The translations under genes were made by a program, and so were the position numbers. The notes below the pieces were generated by a model. The model had not been told where the DNA came from. It saw only the letters and a program-made list of their open reading frames with translations, and did no database searches. 64,000 nucleotides of DNA from Chrysomallon squamiferum (Eukaryota > Animalia > Mollusca), in assembly GCA_012295275.1 (NCBI GenBank), contig CM022671.1, positions 17,050,001 to 17,114,000 on the forward strand, in the 5' to 3' direction. This document shows, piece by piece, positions 12,491 to 25,524 of the stretch. Each line of letters starts with the position of its first letter. Positions within the stretch are counted from its first letter, which is position 1.

Positions 12491-13629
12491 ATGAAATTTC
12501 TCTCTGTGGCCATTTTCTCTGTGGTATGTACCAAATAGTTATATAGAAATTACTACTAAACGTAAAGTTTATTTACTTTATTTCGTATATTGATTATTTT
12601 TAAGTTAATCTGATTTTTGTTGGTATTATAAATATTATTTATTTAAACCATTGTGTTAATTATAATGACATGTAATCTTTCAATTTGATTTTTCTTACAT
12701 TTAATTATTGGTGATGATTCTATTAATGTTGAATAGTAAATACTAAACATGTAAGAATACGATTCAAAGAAAATATTTAACTCATTTCATTTATCTACCA
12801 CTGTACAATATTTAATAAATCTGTCATGAAACACCTACAAGTTTCACATGCTGTTTATAGAGTGGTGCTTATAAAACATCTCTAAGTGCTGACAAGAGTA
12901 AACTAGGAAACATTTCATAGATATGATGTCGTGAAACTGTTTACAATCCAACCAATTTTTTTAACCTGTTTTATAAACTTTTGAAGTTTTTATATTATTT
13001 AACTCTTTAATTTTACATTAATGATTTTCATACTGCTTTTTGATACCCAATAACTGATCTGAGTTTCATGCAGGACATTGTTAAATATGCATTCATTCAT
13101 TCTGATAAAAGTAAACGATAAATATGGTGCAGTTATACACCAATGTTATGTTGTGTTTAAAATATATCGTGCTATCTGTGTACTTACAGAATCAGGATTC
13201 GTTTCTTAATGTCATTCTGTGAAAAAACGATAGGTTCAGCACCATCTAATGTTTAATGTAATCTACTGGTTTAGCATCTAATAATTTTTGATGCAAACAA
13301 TCTAATAATATTCAGTGTGTCTATGTGTCTAAACAAATACTTTTTCATTCCATTGAAGGCGATTACTCTAGACATCACAGTAAAAAAGATCATATGAAAG
13401 AGTCGTAAGTGCTGGAGATGCGTGTTTACACGAATCTGACTGTGGTGAAGGTTACTGCTGTGTAAGGAATAGTGATACAGCTGGAAGGTGTCAGAGGTTA
13501 CTCACGGAGAATCAATGGTGTGGCATAAAGGACGTCTGCGCATGCGAGCCTGACTTAGAATGTAAGGACCATCGATATCAATATGGATTTCGAGTCATTT
13601 ACTTATGTAAGCCCTCACATCTCGGATGA
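12491..13629 (+). pseudogene. 10-Cys peptide copy 2, +1 frameshift (or homopolymer sequencing error); exons 12491-12523 and 13359-13629
   Basis: Exon 1 intact. A6 instead of A5 at 13382-13387 gives an immediate stop. The corrected frame reads SYERVVSAGDACLHESDCGEGYCCVRNSDTAGRCQRLLTENQWCGIKDVCACEPDLECKDHRYQYGFRVIYLCKPSHLG* with all 10 Cys. Absent from the ORF track. Confidence 0.85.
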
Positions 13630-14059
13630 ACCTCTCAATAGAGATGATCAGAAAATCCCAGTCTCAGTGAGTTGAAAATCTCACTTTCTGGTTTAAGGCG
13701 AGATCGATTGTGTCATTTTTACACATGTAAGCTCCCAATGACAATCAGTTGAAAATCTCACTTTCTGGTTTAAACAATATAATTTAAATGACAATAAATA
13801 TTTGCAGCATTTATAAGATTGTCTGTTTTTAGTGCTAAAATATTTTTATTTCTGTGTAGTGTAAAACTACAGTGAAATACTTTGGTTTATATTAATTAAT
13901 CATTCTTTATTATTCTAACATTTAACTGACTTAATAATAGTGATCAGTCCATCGTGAATCTTTATTACAATCTATAACAACATTCTAGTTTACTGAGTAG
14001 ATTATGTTATTATTTTTAATATAGATTTTGAACTCATACATTTTATATACATATATATA

Positions 14060-14134
<75 letters not shown>

Positions 14135-15299
14135 TCATACATACATAAATACGGAGAGCATTTGTTTCGATTTTTAAAATAATAATTTTAAATATAAAGA
14201 TAGAAAATTAATCATAAATACTAATATAATAATTCATAATCCTTTCAATACACCTGACATTACACACACTGATGCACATAAAAATAGATAGATGTGGTTG
14301 TGGCCTCATTGTTTAATCGGCAATGTTTCGTGTAGTTTGTGTGTGAAATTCATTAGAAAACTTTGGAGATACGGGATTGTTTATGCATGGCTAGAAAGTG
14401 CCATACGAGAAACAGTCAATTTTAGCTAAATGGTTATGAAATTGTTTAATCTTACTGCAAACATGCGAATAGGAAGCATTGCTTTATTTGTTAGGTAAAA
14501 AGAAACTTCTCTAAAGAAAATCTTGTCCATGATTATGCACACTTTATTATATATATAATAAAAATACTGATGTGTTGATTTTAAGATTTATTATCTCCGA
14601 ACATGAACAAACCTAACGCAGCTGTTTTCTCTACTTAGTTTACAGTGCAGGTGAAATATGACAGTGCTTTCATTTTGATTGATAAGTGTTTCGTTGTTTG
14701 ATTGATAAGGGTTGTTTGGTCATGTGATATCATTGTTTATTCTGAGTGTGACAGTCGAAAGGAAAACGGATTATATAATTGAAAAAAATTAATTAAAAAA
14801 ATAATGAAAAAATAAAAATGAAAAGAAAAAATAAAATGAAAAGAAAAATAATTAAATTAGAAATGATGACAGCAGACTGCAGATAAATACATTTTATAAT
14901 TAATTTTTTTTATTTTGTTCACATCTTTCGTTTTAATTTGTTGGAAAGGGTCTGCTAATACATTGCTACTTTGTTTGCTGCAGAGAGGTTATTAATTTAT
15001 CCTACGTTTAAAAAAAATAATAATAAAATATTTTGACTTCTTTCTTTATTGTACTTTCTTAATACAAGTGGCAGATGGGCGGAAGCTTTGAATTTTTCTC
15101 TTTTTTTCTTCTGGTCTTGGTTTTAATTACATTCGTAAGTCTGGAAATCATTTTAATTATACTAAAAGATCCAACCACTTTCGTAATGTATTTTTCAATT
15201 CACTTACTAAATATCTATTCAGCATTTTGGAACATAATTTATTTTAATCAATATCATTGACGTTACCAGCTTAAAAGTATTATATTTCATAACAATTAA

Positions 15300-15383
<84 letters not shown>

Positions 15384-16242
15384 AAACATAAATTAGAATG
15401 GTATTTATTAAACGAAGTAGAATGCACTTTATGAATAAATTAAAAGTATGAAATTTAAAACGTCCTCAACAACCAAAGAAATATTAAAACAATAAAAGTT
15501 TATAGGAACAGATGAGAAGTACCAGGCCATTTATTCAGGACAAATGTACAAAGTTAAAACTCTCTGTCTAAGTATGTTTCTAGAGTGATGCAAACTTCTA
15601 AACGATTACATCAGTACTGCAGAGGAAATAACTCACATGTAATTCAGAAAATCCTGTTAAAAATGTTGCTGGATAGATTTAAAGCCAAACAGCGTGGCGA
15701 GCTGCACTTGTCAAATTTTTAAAAAAATGTGTTAACCTATCTACTGACTCGTCAGCTTCAACTGAAAGGTTTGTCACTGTGGGAAATTGTAGTCAATGTT
15801 TCTCATAAAAAAACCCGCAAACCTAATTACTTGCAAATTGAAAATTTACAATTTGAAAAAAAGTATCAAAAATTGAAAAATGATTGAACAAAAATAAAAA
15901 AATTGGAAAAAAAAAATTTAAAAGAAGAAAAAATTATAACATTCATGAATGTTACGTTGAACTTTAAACTTAATCCATTTATTATTTTTTTGTTGAATAA
16001 CTAATATGAACATAACATACTCTGAGAGAAGCTGCTAGATCTAATCTTTTAGATTAGTACTGAATACATAAACCTTACATTCGATAAGTTTAATTATTAT
16101 GAATTTAAATTATAAACTTTGGAAATGTAATGTCAGCAGAAAGCACTTTTTTGATACTTTTGTGTTATCCATAATGATAAAAAAAATCTAAATAGCAAAT
16201 ATTGCATGAACAGCTGCTAAAAATATATATAATCGTATTTGA

Positions 16243-16305
<63 letters not shown>

Positions 16306-16376
16306 ATTGTGTATGTGTGTATATATAGAAGCCAATTCTGGTTTTATCAATGATAGGAATACTGGAATATTCTACA

Positions 16377-17525
16377 ATGAAATTTCTCTCTGTGGCCATT
16401 TTCTTTGTGGTATGTACCAAATAGTTATATAGAAATTACTACTAAACGTAAAGTTTATTTACTTTATTTCGTATATTGATTAATTTTAAGTTAATCTGAT
16501 TTTTGTTGGTATTATAAATAAAATAAAATATTATTTATTTAAGCCATTATGTTAATTATAATGACATGTAATCTTTCAATTTGATTTTTCTTACATTTAT
16601 TTATTGGTGATGATTCTATTAATGTTGAATAGTAAATACTAAACATGTAAGAATATGATTCAAAGAAAATATTTAAATGATTATTTGATAAATCAATATT
16701 TGCTAAATCTGCAATATTTGATAAATCTGCCATGAAACACCTACACGTTTTACATGCTGTTTATGGGGTGGAGCTTTTAAAACATCTCCAAGTGCTGACA
16801 AGAGTAAACTAGGAAACATTTCATAGATATGATGTCGTGAAACTGCTTACAATCCAACCAATTTTTTAAAGCTGTTTTATAAACTTTTGAAGTTTTTATA
16901 TTATTTAACTCTTTAATTTTACATTAATGATTTTCATACTGCTTTTTGATACCCAATAACTGATCTGAGTTTCATGCAGGACATTGTTATATATGCATTC
17001 ATTCATTCTGATAAAAGTAAACGATAAATATGGAGCAGTTATACACCAATGTTATGTAGTGTTTAAAATATGTCGTGCTATCTGTGTACTTACAGAATCA
17101 GGATTCGTTTCTTAATGTCATTCTGTGAAAAAACGATAGGTTCAGCACCATCTAATGTTTAATGTAATCTACTGATTTAGCATCTAATAATTTTTGATGC
17201 AAACAATCTAATAATATTCAGTATGTTTATGTGTCGAAATAAATACTTTTTCATTTATTTGAAGGCGATTACTCTAGACATCACAGTAAAAAGATCAGAT
17301 GAAAGAGTCGCAAGTGTTGCAAAACCGTGTATTCCTGGCTGTGGTGTTGGTTTCTGCTGTATAATGGATTGGAATGGTGGTACACCTGGAAGGTGTCAAA
17401 GTTACCGCATGCAGAATCAACGGTGTGGCTTAGATGGGCTCTGCCCATGCAAGTCTGAATTACAATGTAGGCGAGATCGATCGGATCCTTTTTACATGTG
17501 TAAGATCCCAATCACAATCGGTTGA
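16377..17525 (+). CDS. 10-Cys peptide copy 3 (97 aa; exons 16377-16409 and 17265-17525)
   Basis: Exon 1 MKFLSVAIFFV|GT. Exon 2 AITLDITVKRSDERVASVAKPCIPGCGVGFCCIMDWNGGTPGRCQSYRMQNQRCGLDGLCPCKSELQCRRDRSDPFYMCKIPITIG*. 10 Cys, with the C1-C2 loop shortened to 3 residues. AATAAA 17566-17571. Confidence 0.9.
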
Positions 17526-18009
17526 ATATCTCACTTTCTGGTTTAAATAATACAATTTAAATGACAATAAATATTTGCAACATTTATAAGATTGTCTGTT
17601 TTTAGTGCTAAAATATATTTATTTCAGTGAAGAGTAAAACTACAGTAAAATACTTTGGTTTATATTAATTAAAACGTTTAGTCATTATTACTATATATAT
17701 ATATTTATATTTCCTCCAGCCCTCGTTATAAATCTATTTCTGTCTGTTTACTTTTATCAACTTGACTACATTTTAAAAGAGCTTCTTGTCTTTCAAAAAT
17801 TCCTCATCCCACTTATACACAAATATTATTATCATTCTTTATTATTTTATCATTTAACAGACTTAATAATAGTGATGAGTCCATCATGAATCATTATTAC
17901 AATCTATAACAACATTCTAGTTTACTGAGTAGATTATGTTATTATTTTTTAAATAGATTTCGAATTCGTACGTTTTATATATATATATTTATATATGTGT
18001 GTCTGAGTC

Positions 18010-18050
<41 letters not shown>

Positions 18051-19053
18051 TCATACATACACAAATATTGAGAGCATTTGTTTCGATTTTAAAACAAAAT
18101 GATTGTAAAATAAAAAGAGATATAAAATTAATCATAAATACTAATATAAAAATTCATAATCCTTTCAATAAACCCTGACATTACACACACTGATGCACAT
18201 AAAAATAGATTGATGTGGTTGTGACCTCATTGTTTAATCGGCAATGTTTTGTGTAGTTTATCAGTGAAATTCATTGTGAAACTTTGGAGATACGGGATTG
18301 TTTACAGTGCAGGTGAAATATCACAGTGCTTTCATTTTGATTGATAAATGTTTCATTGTTTGATTGATAAGGCTTTTTTGGTCATGTGTTATCATTGTTT
18401 ATTCAGAGTGTGACAGCCGAAATGGAAAAGGAATATATATATATATATAATTGAAAAAAATTAATTAAAAAAATAATGAAAAAATAAAAATGAAAATAAA
18501 AAATAAAATGAAATTAAAAATAATTAAATTAAAAATGATGACAGCAGACTGCAGATAAGTACATCTTATAATTATTTTTTTTTCATTTTGTTCATATCTT
18601 TCGTTTTAATTTGTTGAAAACGGTCTGCTAATACATTGTTACATACTTTGCTACAGAGAGGTTATTAATTTATCCTACGTTTTAAAAAAGAACAATAAAA
18701 TATTTTGATTTTTTTTGTTAATGTACTTTCTTAATACAAGTGGCAGATGGGCGGCAACTTTGTATTTTTCTTCTTCTTCTGATCTTGGCTTTAATTACAT
18801 TCGTAAGTCTGGAAAATAGATGAAATCGTTTTAATTATATTGAAAGATCCAACCACTTTCGTAATGTATTTTTCAATTCACTTACTAAATATCTATTCTC
18901 CATTTTGGAACGTAATATTTTTAAAACTTTCTTTTGATTTAGAATGAATCAGTATCATTGACGTTATCAGCTTTAAAGTATGATATTTTATAAGAAAATA
19001 AAATGTCAAAATAATAATGATAATAATAGTAATAATAATAATGATAATAATAA

Positions 19054-19091
<38 letters not shown>

Positions 19092-19599
19092 ACAATAAAA
19101 GTGCAAATCTGAATGACATCTATTAAACTAAGTAGAATGTAGTTTATGAATAAATCAAAAGTATAAAATTTAAAACGTTCTCAAGAACCAAGATAATATT
19201 AAAACAACAATAGTTTATAGGAACAGATGACAGGTAGCAGGCCTTTTATCGAGCCCAGATTTACAAAGTAAAAACTCTCTGTCTAATTATATTTCTAGAG
19301 TGAAGCAAGCTTCTGAATGTTTCCTTCAATACTGCAGAGAAAGTAACTAAAATGTATTTCATAAAATCCTCTTAAAAATGTTGCTGGATAGATTTAAATC
19401 CAAGCATCGTGGCGAGCATTCAAGATCAAGATAGAAATCTTTGTTTTGACTTATTTTTCTCTGATGTACAAAGTAACTGTCATTTTCTGTACGCAAATAA
19501 TTAGGTGAAACGATATCGGAATGTAAATGTTGTTAACAATGGATTGTCTCCCTGTAATGGAAAGACGACTTGTACAGCCATGTTTTACGAATTTTCCGA

Positions 19600-19912
19600 G
19601 TTACTAGCACTCGGCCGGTCTATTTTTCGCTTTCAGTTACGAGCCAAAATCCGAGTTACGAGCGACCTTCAGATATGCCGCCGGTAGTTGGCGCATCGTT
19701 GAAGTATCTCTGTTGTTTTGTGCTCGCGTTTTGTGCACTATTTTGCCAAATTTCTTATTTCTGACAATGGATCGTAAGAAAATGAGAAGAAAGGAGAGTG
19801 CTGAGAAGAAGAAGCGGACGATGTCCTTTGAATTAAAGCATAAAATCATAGAGAAACATGAGCAAGTTGTGCATGTAGTCAATTTTGCTAGGAAGTACGA
19901 TCGTATACTTCT
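19600..19912 (+). mobile_element. Tigger/pogo fragment, variant b, truncated and fused to the Gypsy relic
   Basis: Same HTH start; the sequence switches at CTTC-TA-TGGTAAGCAATTG into Gypsy sequence homologous to 3898 onward. Confidence 0.75.
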
Positions 19913-21580
19913 ATGGTAAGCAATTGTCTATTCTTATTTGATAGAGTGTAATATGCAATTAACTTGTGTCAGTAACATTTATTATACCTAAAAGTTTAAT
20001 GTTTTAATCTGTTCTCCGTGCAGATTCTTATTTTGTCTTGGTTCTGTGAGTTTGTGTCCAGAAAACAGAATGTTTTTGATAAATGGATTAGATCAAGCGA
20101 CATTAGGAAGGATTATGCCAAATTACGTGAATTAATCATTTTGGAAGAAGTGAGAAATTGTTTACCGGTAAATGTTCGGTTACATTTGGAAGATCAGGGC
20201 ATAGAAAGTCTACAAGCTGCTGCTGTAGCTGCTGATAATAAAGTCACAGAGTTGTGACTCAAGTCCTTCTAAGAATTTTGATGGTAATCAGGAAAGGTTT
20301 TCTGGTAGGTCTTCATCAGTTAGGCAGCATACTATAATACTAGGTCAGTAAAGAGTAATCTGAAACAAAGCCTTTTCAACCACGTTGTTCATATTGCAGA
20401 ATGAATAATCATATTGTTTCAAAGTTATGCCAGAAAAAAGGATAATCAGAAAACTGTAGGTTTTGTTAGAACAATAAGTAATGTCTCAGAATGACCAGAT
20501 ATGTATACTCAGCAGAAATATGTTAAATATATCTCAGAGGGTACTACTTGTCGTATTCAACCAAATAGTTATCGTCCGGGGATAATTTCCATTTTTCGAA
20601 ACATTGGAGCTTGGCAGAGCCTGATTGTGAAAGATCCCGTTATAGATCCAGAAAAATCGGCAGCAGGTCAAAATATAATCATTAAGGCAGTTGAGGGAAT
20701 GTGTACTACCATTCCATTACACCAAGTTCTTCTCAATTCTCTTCTGGCTTCTGGAAAGGTGTTTGTCGGTCTCATAGATAGTTTACCGATGGGGGTGTAG
20801 ATCTGTTGCTGGGAAATGATCTTTCTGAGAGTTGTTGTGGTAAGAAGTGCGAACATTTACAGGTATCAAATACTCCCATTTTAACCTGTGTTGATAAGGC
20901 AACTGAAACTTTTCCGGTCTGCGTTACTACTAGTTCTATGGCAAGGAAAATCAAATCAATGGAAAATCCTTTAATTGATCCATGCTTGTCAAGGAAATCT
21001 GAAGGTGTAAATGAGAAAGATTTAGCTAAGATAAGAAAATTTAATCCATGTGACATGGTACTAATGTATTTGCCAATCACTAAATCATATTAATCTGTTG
21101 AAGGTATACCATGATCGGGCTCCGATCAATTCAACGATGACTGTGGAAGGTGACCAGATGGAAATGTCTGCTAATCAACCAGGAGAAAAGTCCGACATTC
21201 GGCTGACTAACAGTGAATCTAAGTTGGACCAGAGATTACATCACCTCGCAAGTGAGAGACGAAACGAAATAACTAAAAATGAATACGAAGATCCCTACAT
21301 TGTTCACTGAGACACCAAGTCTGACCGACGTCAGCACCCAGGATGTGGAAATAAAAGATGTTCTCAAACCTTCCAGGAATAAAAGAATATGTTCTGTTCA
21401 ACCCCTGTAATGGCTGCAACCATTCAAGCTGGCTGTAGATGCTAATGATGTTGGTTCTGGGGAAAGAAGATCACAGTAGGATAGACCACTCAGGCTACGG
21501 ACTTGATGATGTCTACTGATCAATCCATGGCGAACCAGAGAAATAATATCTTACTGAAGCTGAGACACTGATAACCTTAG
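19913..21580 (+). mobile_element. Gypsy relic, duplicate copy without the MITE
   Basis: Near-identical to 3898-6470 minus 4701-5595. Confidence 0.8.
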
Positions 21581-21957
21581 TTTTTATTTTATGTAGTTAG
21601 TTATACTCGTGAAAATGAATAGTTTGTGCTTTCTCAGAAGAAGAAGAAAAAATTCTAACATTCATGAATTTAAGAACAACTGGTTATGTTGATCTTTAAA
21701 CTTAATCCATTTGTAATTCTTTATTTGAATAATTAATATGAACATAACATACTCTGAGAGAAGCTGCTAGATCTAATCTTTTAGATTAGTACTGAATACA
21801 GAAACCTGAGATTCGACAAGTTTAATTATTATGAATTTAAATTATAAACTTTAGAAATGTAATGTCAGCAGAAAGCACTTTTTACGATTTGATGTAAACA
21901 GTAAGCAAATATTGCACGAACAGCTATTAAAAATATACATAATCGTCTTTTATCCTG

Positions 21958-22000
<43 letters not shown>

Positions 22001-22075
22001 TGAGTATGTGCATGTGTGTGTATATACAAGCCAATTCTGGTTTTATAAGTGATAGAAATACTGGATTATTCTACA

Positions 22076-23172
22076 ATGAAATTTCTCTCTGTGGCCATTT
22101 TCTCTGTGGTATGTACCAAATAGTTAAACAGAAATTACGATTAAACGTAAAGTTTATTTACTTTACTTCTTATATTGAACATTTTTAAGTTAATCTGATT
22201 TTTGTTGGTGTTATAAATAAATAAATAAAATAAAATAAAATAAAATATTATTTATTTATTTATTGGTAATGATTCTATTAATGTTGAATAGTAAATAGTA
22301 AACATGTTAGAATACGATTCAAAGAAAATATTTAACTGATTGTTTGATAAATCAATATTTGCTAAATCTGCAATACTTGATAAATCTGCCATGAAACACC
22401 TACACGTTTTACATGCTATTTATGCGGTGGTGCTTTTAAAACATCTCTAAGTGGTGACAAGAGTAAACTAGGAAACATTTCATAGATATGATGCCGTGAA
22501 ACTGTTTACAATCCACCCAATTTTATAAAACGAATCTTCTTTTAATAATAAATTTTAAAATTCTGTTTAATAAAATTATTATATTTTGTACAGTTCATTA
22601 CATTGCGGTTTTATAAACTTTTGAAATTTTTTATATTATTTCCTATTTAATTTTACATCAAGGAATGACATACTGCTTTCTGATACCCAATAACTGATCT
22701 GAGTTTCATGCAGGACATTGTTAAATATCCATTCATTCATTCTGATACAAGTAAACCATAAATATGGTGCAGTTATACACCAATGTTATGTTGTGTTTAA
22801 AACATATCGTACTATCTGTGTACTTACAGAATCAGGATTCGTTTCTTAATGTCATTCTGTGAAAAAAACGATAGGTTCAGCACCATCTAATGTTTAATGT
22901 AATCTACTGATTTAGGATCTAATAATTTTTGATACAAACAACGTAATAATATTCAGTATGTTTATGTGTCGAAATAAATACTTTTTCATTCATTTGAAGG
23001 CGGTTACTCTAGAGATCACAGTAAAAAGATCATATGAAAGAGTCGTAACTGCTGGAGATGCGTGTATACACGAATCTGACTGTGGTATAGGTTACTGCTG
23101 TATAAGGAATGAACGGAGAATGAACGGTGTGGCTTAGATGGCCTCTGCCCATGCGAGTCGGAATTAGAATGT
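22076..23172 (+). pseudogene. 10-Cys peptide copy 4, internally deleted and 3'-truncated (exons 22076-22108 and 23000-~23172)
   Basis: Reads AVTLEITVKRSYERVVTAGDACIHESDCGIGYCCIRN, then a net 31-nt deletion relative to copy 5 causes a frameshift and TAG at 23135-23137. Homology ends at the Cys9 codon (~23172), where the 5' flank of copy 5 begins. Confidence 0.88.
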
Positions 23173-23445
23173 TTTTGCTGAATAATTCAGTATGAACATA
23201 ACTACGGAATTACTTTGATAGATTACTACTGAACACATAAAGCTCAGATTCGACAAGTTTAAGTATTATAAATATAAAATATAAACTTTGGAAATGTTAT
23301 GGCAGCATAAAATACTTTTTTGATATTTATTTTATTATCCATAATGACATAAAATTTTGTTCTAAATGGTTAGGAAATATTGCATGAACAGCTGGTAAAA
23401 ATATATATCATCTTATTTGATCGTGTGTTTGTATGTGTATGTGTA

Positions 23446-23502
<57 letters not shown>

Positions 23503-23550
23503 GAGCCAGTTCTGGTTTTATCAGTGATAGGAATACTGGAATATTCTACA

Positions 23551-23675
23551 ATGAAATTTCTCTATGTGGCCATTTTCACTGTGGTATGTACCAAATAGTT
23601 ATATAGAAATTACTATTAAACGTAAAGTTTATTTACTCTATTTCGATTATTATTAACTTAAGCTCATTTTTGTTC

Positions 23676-23743
<68 letters not shown>

Positions 23744-24989
23744 TTTTGCCATTGTTTTAATATCAATGATAGGTAATCTTTCCATTTAAATTTTTGTACA
23801 TTTATTTGCTTTTTTGTTTTGTTTTGTTTGTAATTGTTTCTATTTCATTCATTAGTAAATACTAAAGATGCAAGAATATGATTCAAAGAAAATATTTAAC
23901 ACATTTCATTTCTCTACCACTGGAGTACGTTGTTTGATAAATCTGCCATGAAACACCTACACGTTTTACATGCTGTTTATGGGGTGGTGCTTTTAAAACA
24001 TCTCTAAGTGCTGACAAGAGTAAACTAGGAAACACTTGGTAGATATGATGTCGTGAAACTGTTTACAATCCAACTGTAAACGAACCTTCGTTTTGAATTA
24101 AATTGTTAAAATTCTTTAAAATATAATTATTACATTGTGGTTTTATAAATTTTATAAATTTTTAATATTATCTGACTCTTTAGTTTTACATACTTCTTTC
24201 TGATACCTAATAACTGATCTGATTTTCATGCTGGACGTTGCTAAATATTCATTCATTCATTCTGATACAAGTAAACCATAAATATGCTGAAAAATATACA
24301 CCAATATTATGTTGTGTCTAAAATATATCGTGCTGTGTACTTACAGAATCAGGATTCCTTTAGTAATAACAGTATGTAAAAAAAACGATAGGTTTAGCAC
24401 CAACTAATATTTAGTGTAATCTACTGGTTTAGCATCTAATAATGTTTGATACTAAGGATCAAGAAATTCTGATACAAGAAAACCATAAATATGCTGCAAT
24501 TATACACCAATGTTATGTTGTGTTTAAAATATTTCGTGCTATCTGTGTACTTACAGAATCAGGATTCGTTTCTTAATGTCATTCTGAGAAAAAACGATAG
24601 GTTCAGCACCATCTAATGTTTAATGTAATCTACTGATTTAGCATCTAATAATTTTTGATGGAAACAATCTAATAATATTCAGTATGTTTATGTGTCGAAA
24701 TAAATACTTTTTCATTCAATTGAAGGCGATTACTCTAGACATCACAGTAAAAAGATCATATGAAAGAGTAGTAACTGCTGGAGAACCGTGTATACACGAA
24801 TCTGACTGTGGTATAGGTTACTGCTGTATAAGGAATGGTGCTTCATCTGGAAGGTGTCAGAGTTTACGCACGGAGAATGAACGGTGTGGCTTAGATGGCC
24901 TCTGCCCATGCGAGCCTGAATTAGAATGTAGGCGAGATCGATTTTTACATCATTTTTACACATGTAAGATCCCAATGACAATCAGTTGA
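23551..24989 (+). CDS. 10-Cys peptide copy 5 (98 aa; exons 23551-23583 and 24726-24989)
   Basis: Exon 1 MKFLYVAIFTV|GT. Exon 2 AITLDITVKRSYERVVTAGEPCIHESDCGIGYCCIRNGASSGRCQSLRTENERCGLDGLCPCEPELECRRDRFLHHFYTCKIPMTIS*. AATAAA 25030-25035. Confidence 0.9.
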
Positions 24990-25147
24990 AAATCTCACTT
25001 TCTGGTTTAAACAATATAATTTAAATGACAATAAATATTTGCAACATTTATAAGATTGTCTGTTTTTAGTGCTAAAATATATTTATTTCAGTGAAGAGTA
25101 AAACTACAGTGAAATACTTTGGTTTATATTAATTAAAACGTTTAGTC

Positions 25148-25188
<41 letters not shown>

Positions 25189-25485
25189 TTCCTCCAGCCC
25201 TTATTATAAACCTATTTCTGTCTGTTTACATTTATCAACTTGTCTACATTTTAAAAGAGCTTCTTGTCTTTCAAAAATTCCTCATCCCACTTATACACAA
25301 ATATTATTATCATTCTTTATTATTTTAGCATTTAACAGACTTAATAATAGTGATCAGTCCATCATGAATCTTTATTACAATCTATAACAACATTCTAGTT
25401 TACTGAGTAGATTATGTTATTATGTTTTAAATAGATTTCGAATTCATACGTTTTATATATATATTTATATATGTGTGTCTGAGTC

Positions 25486-25524
<39 letters not shown>

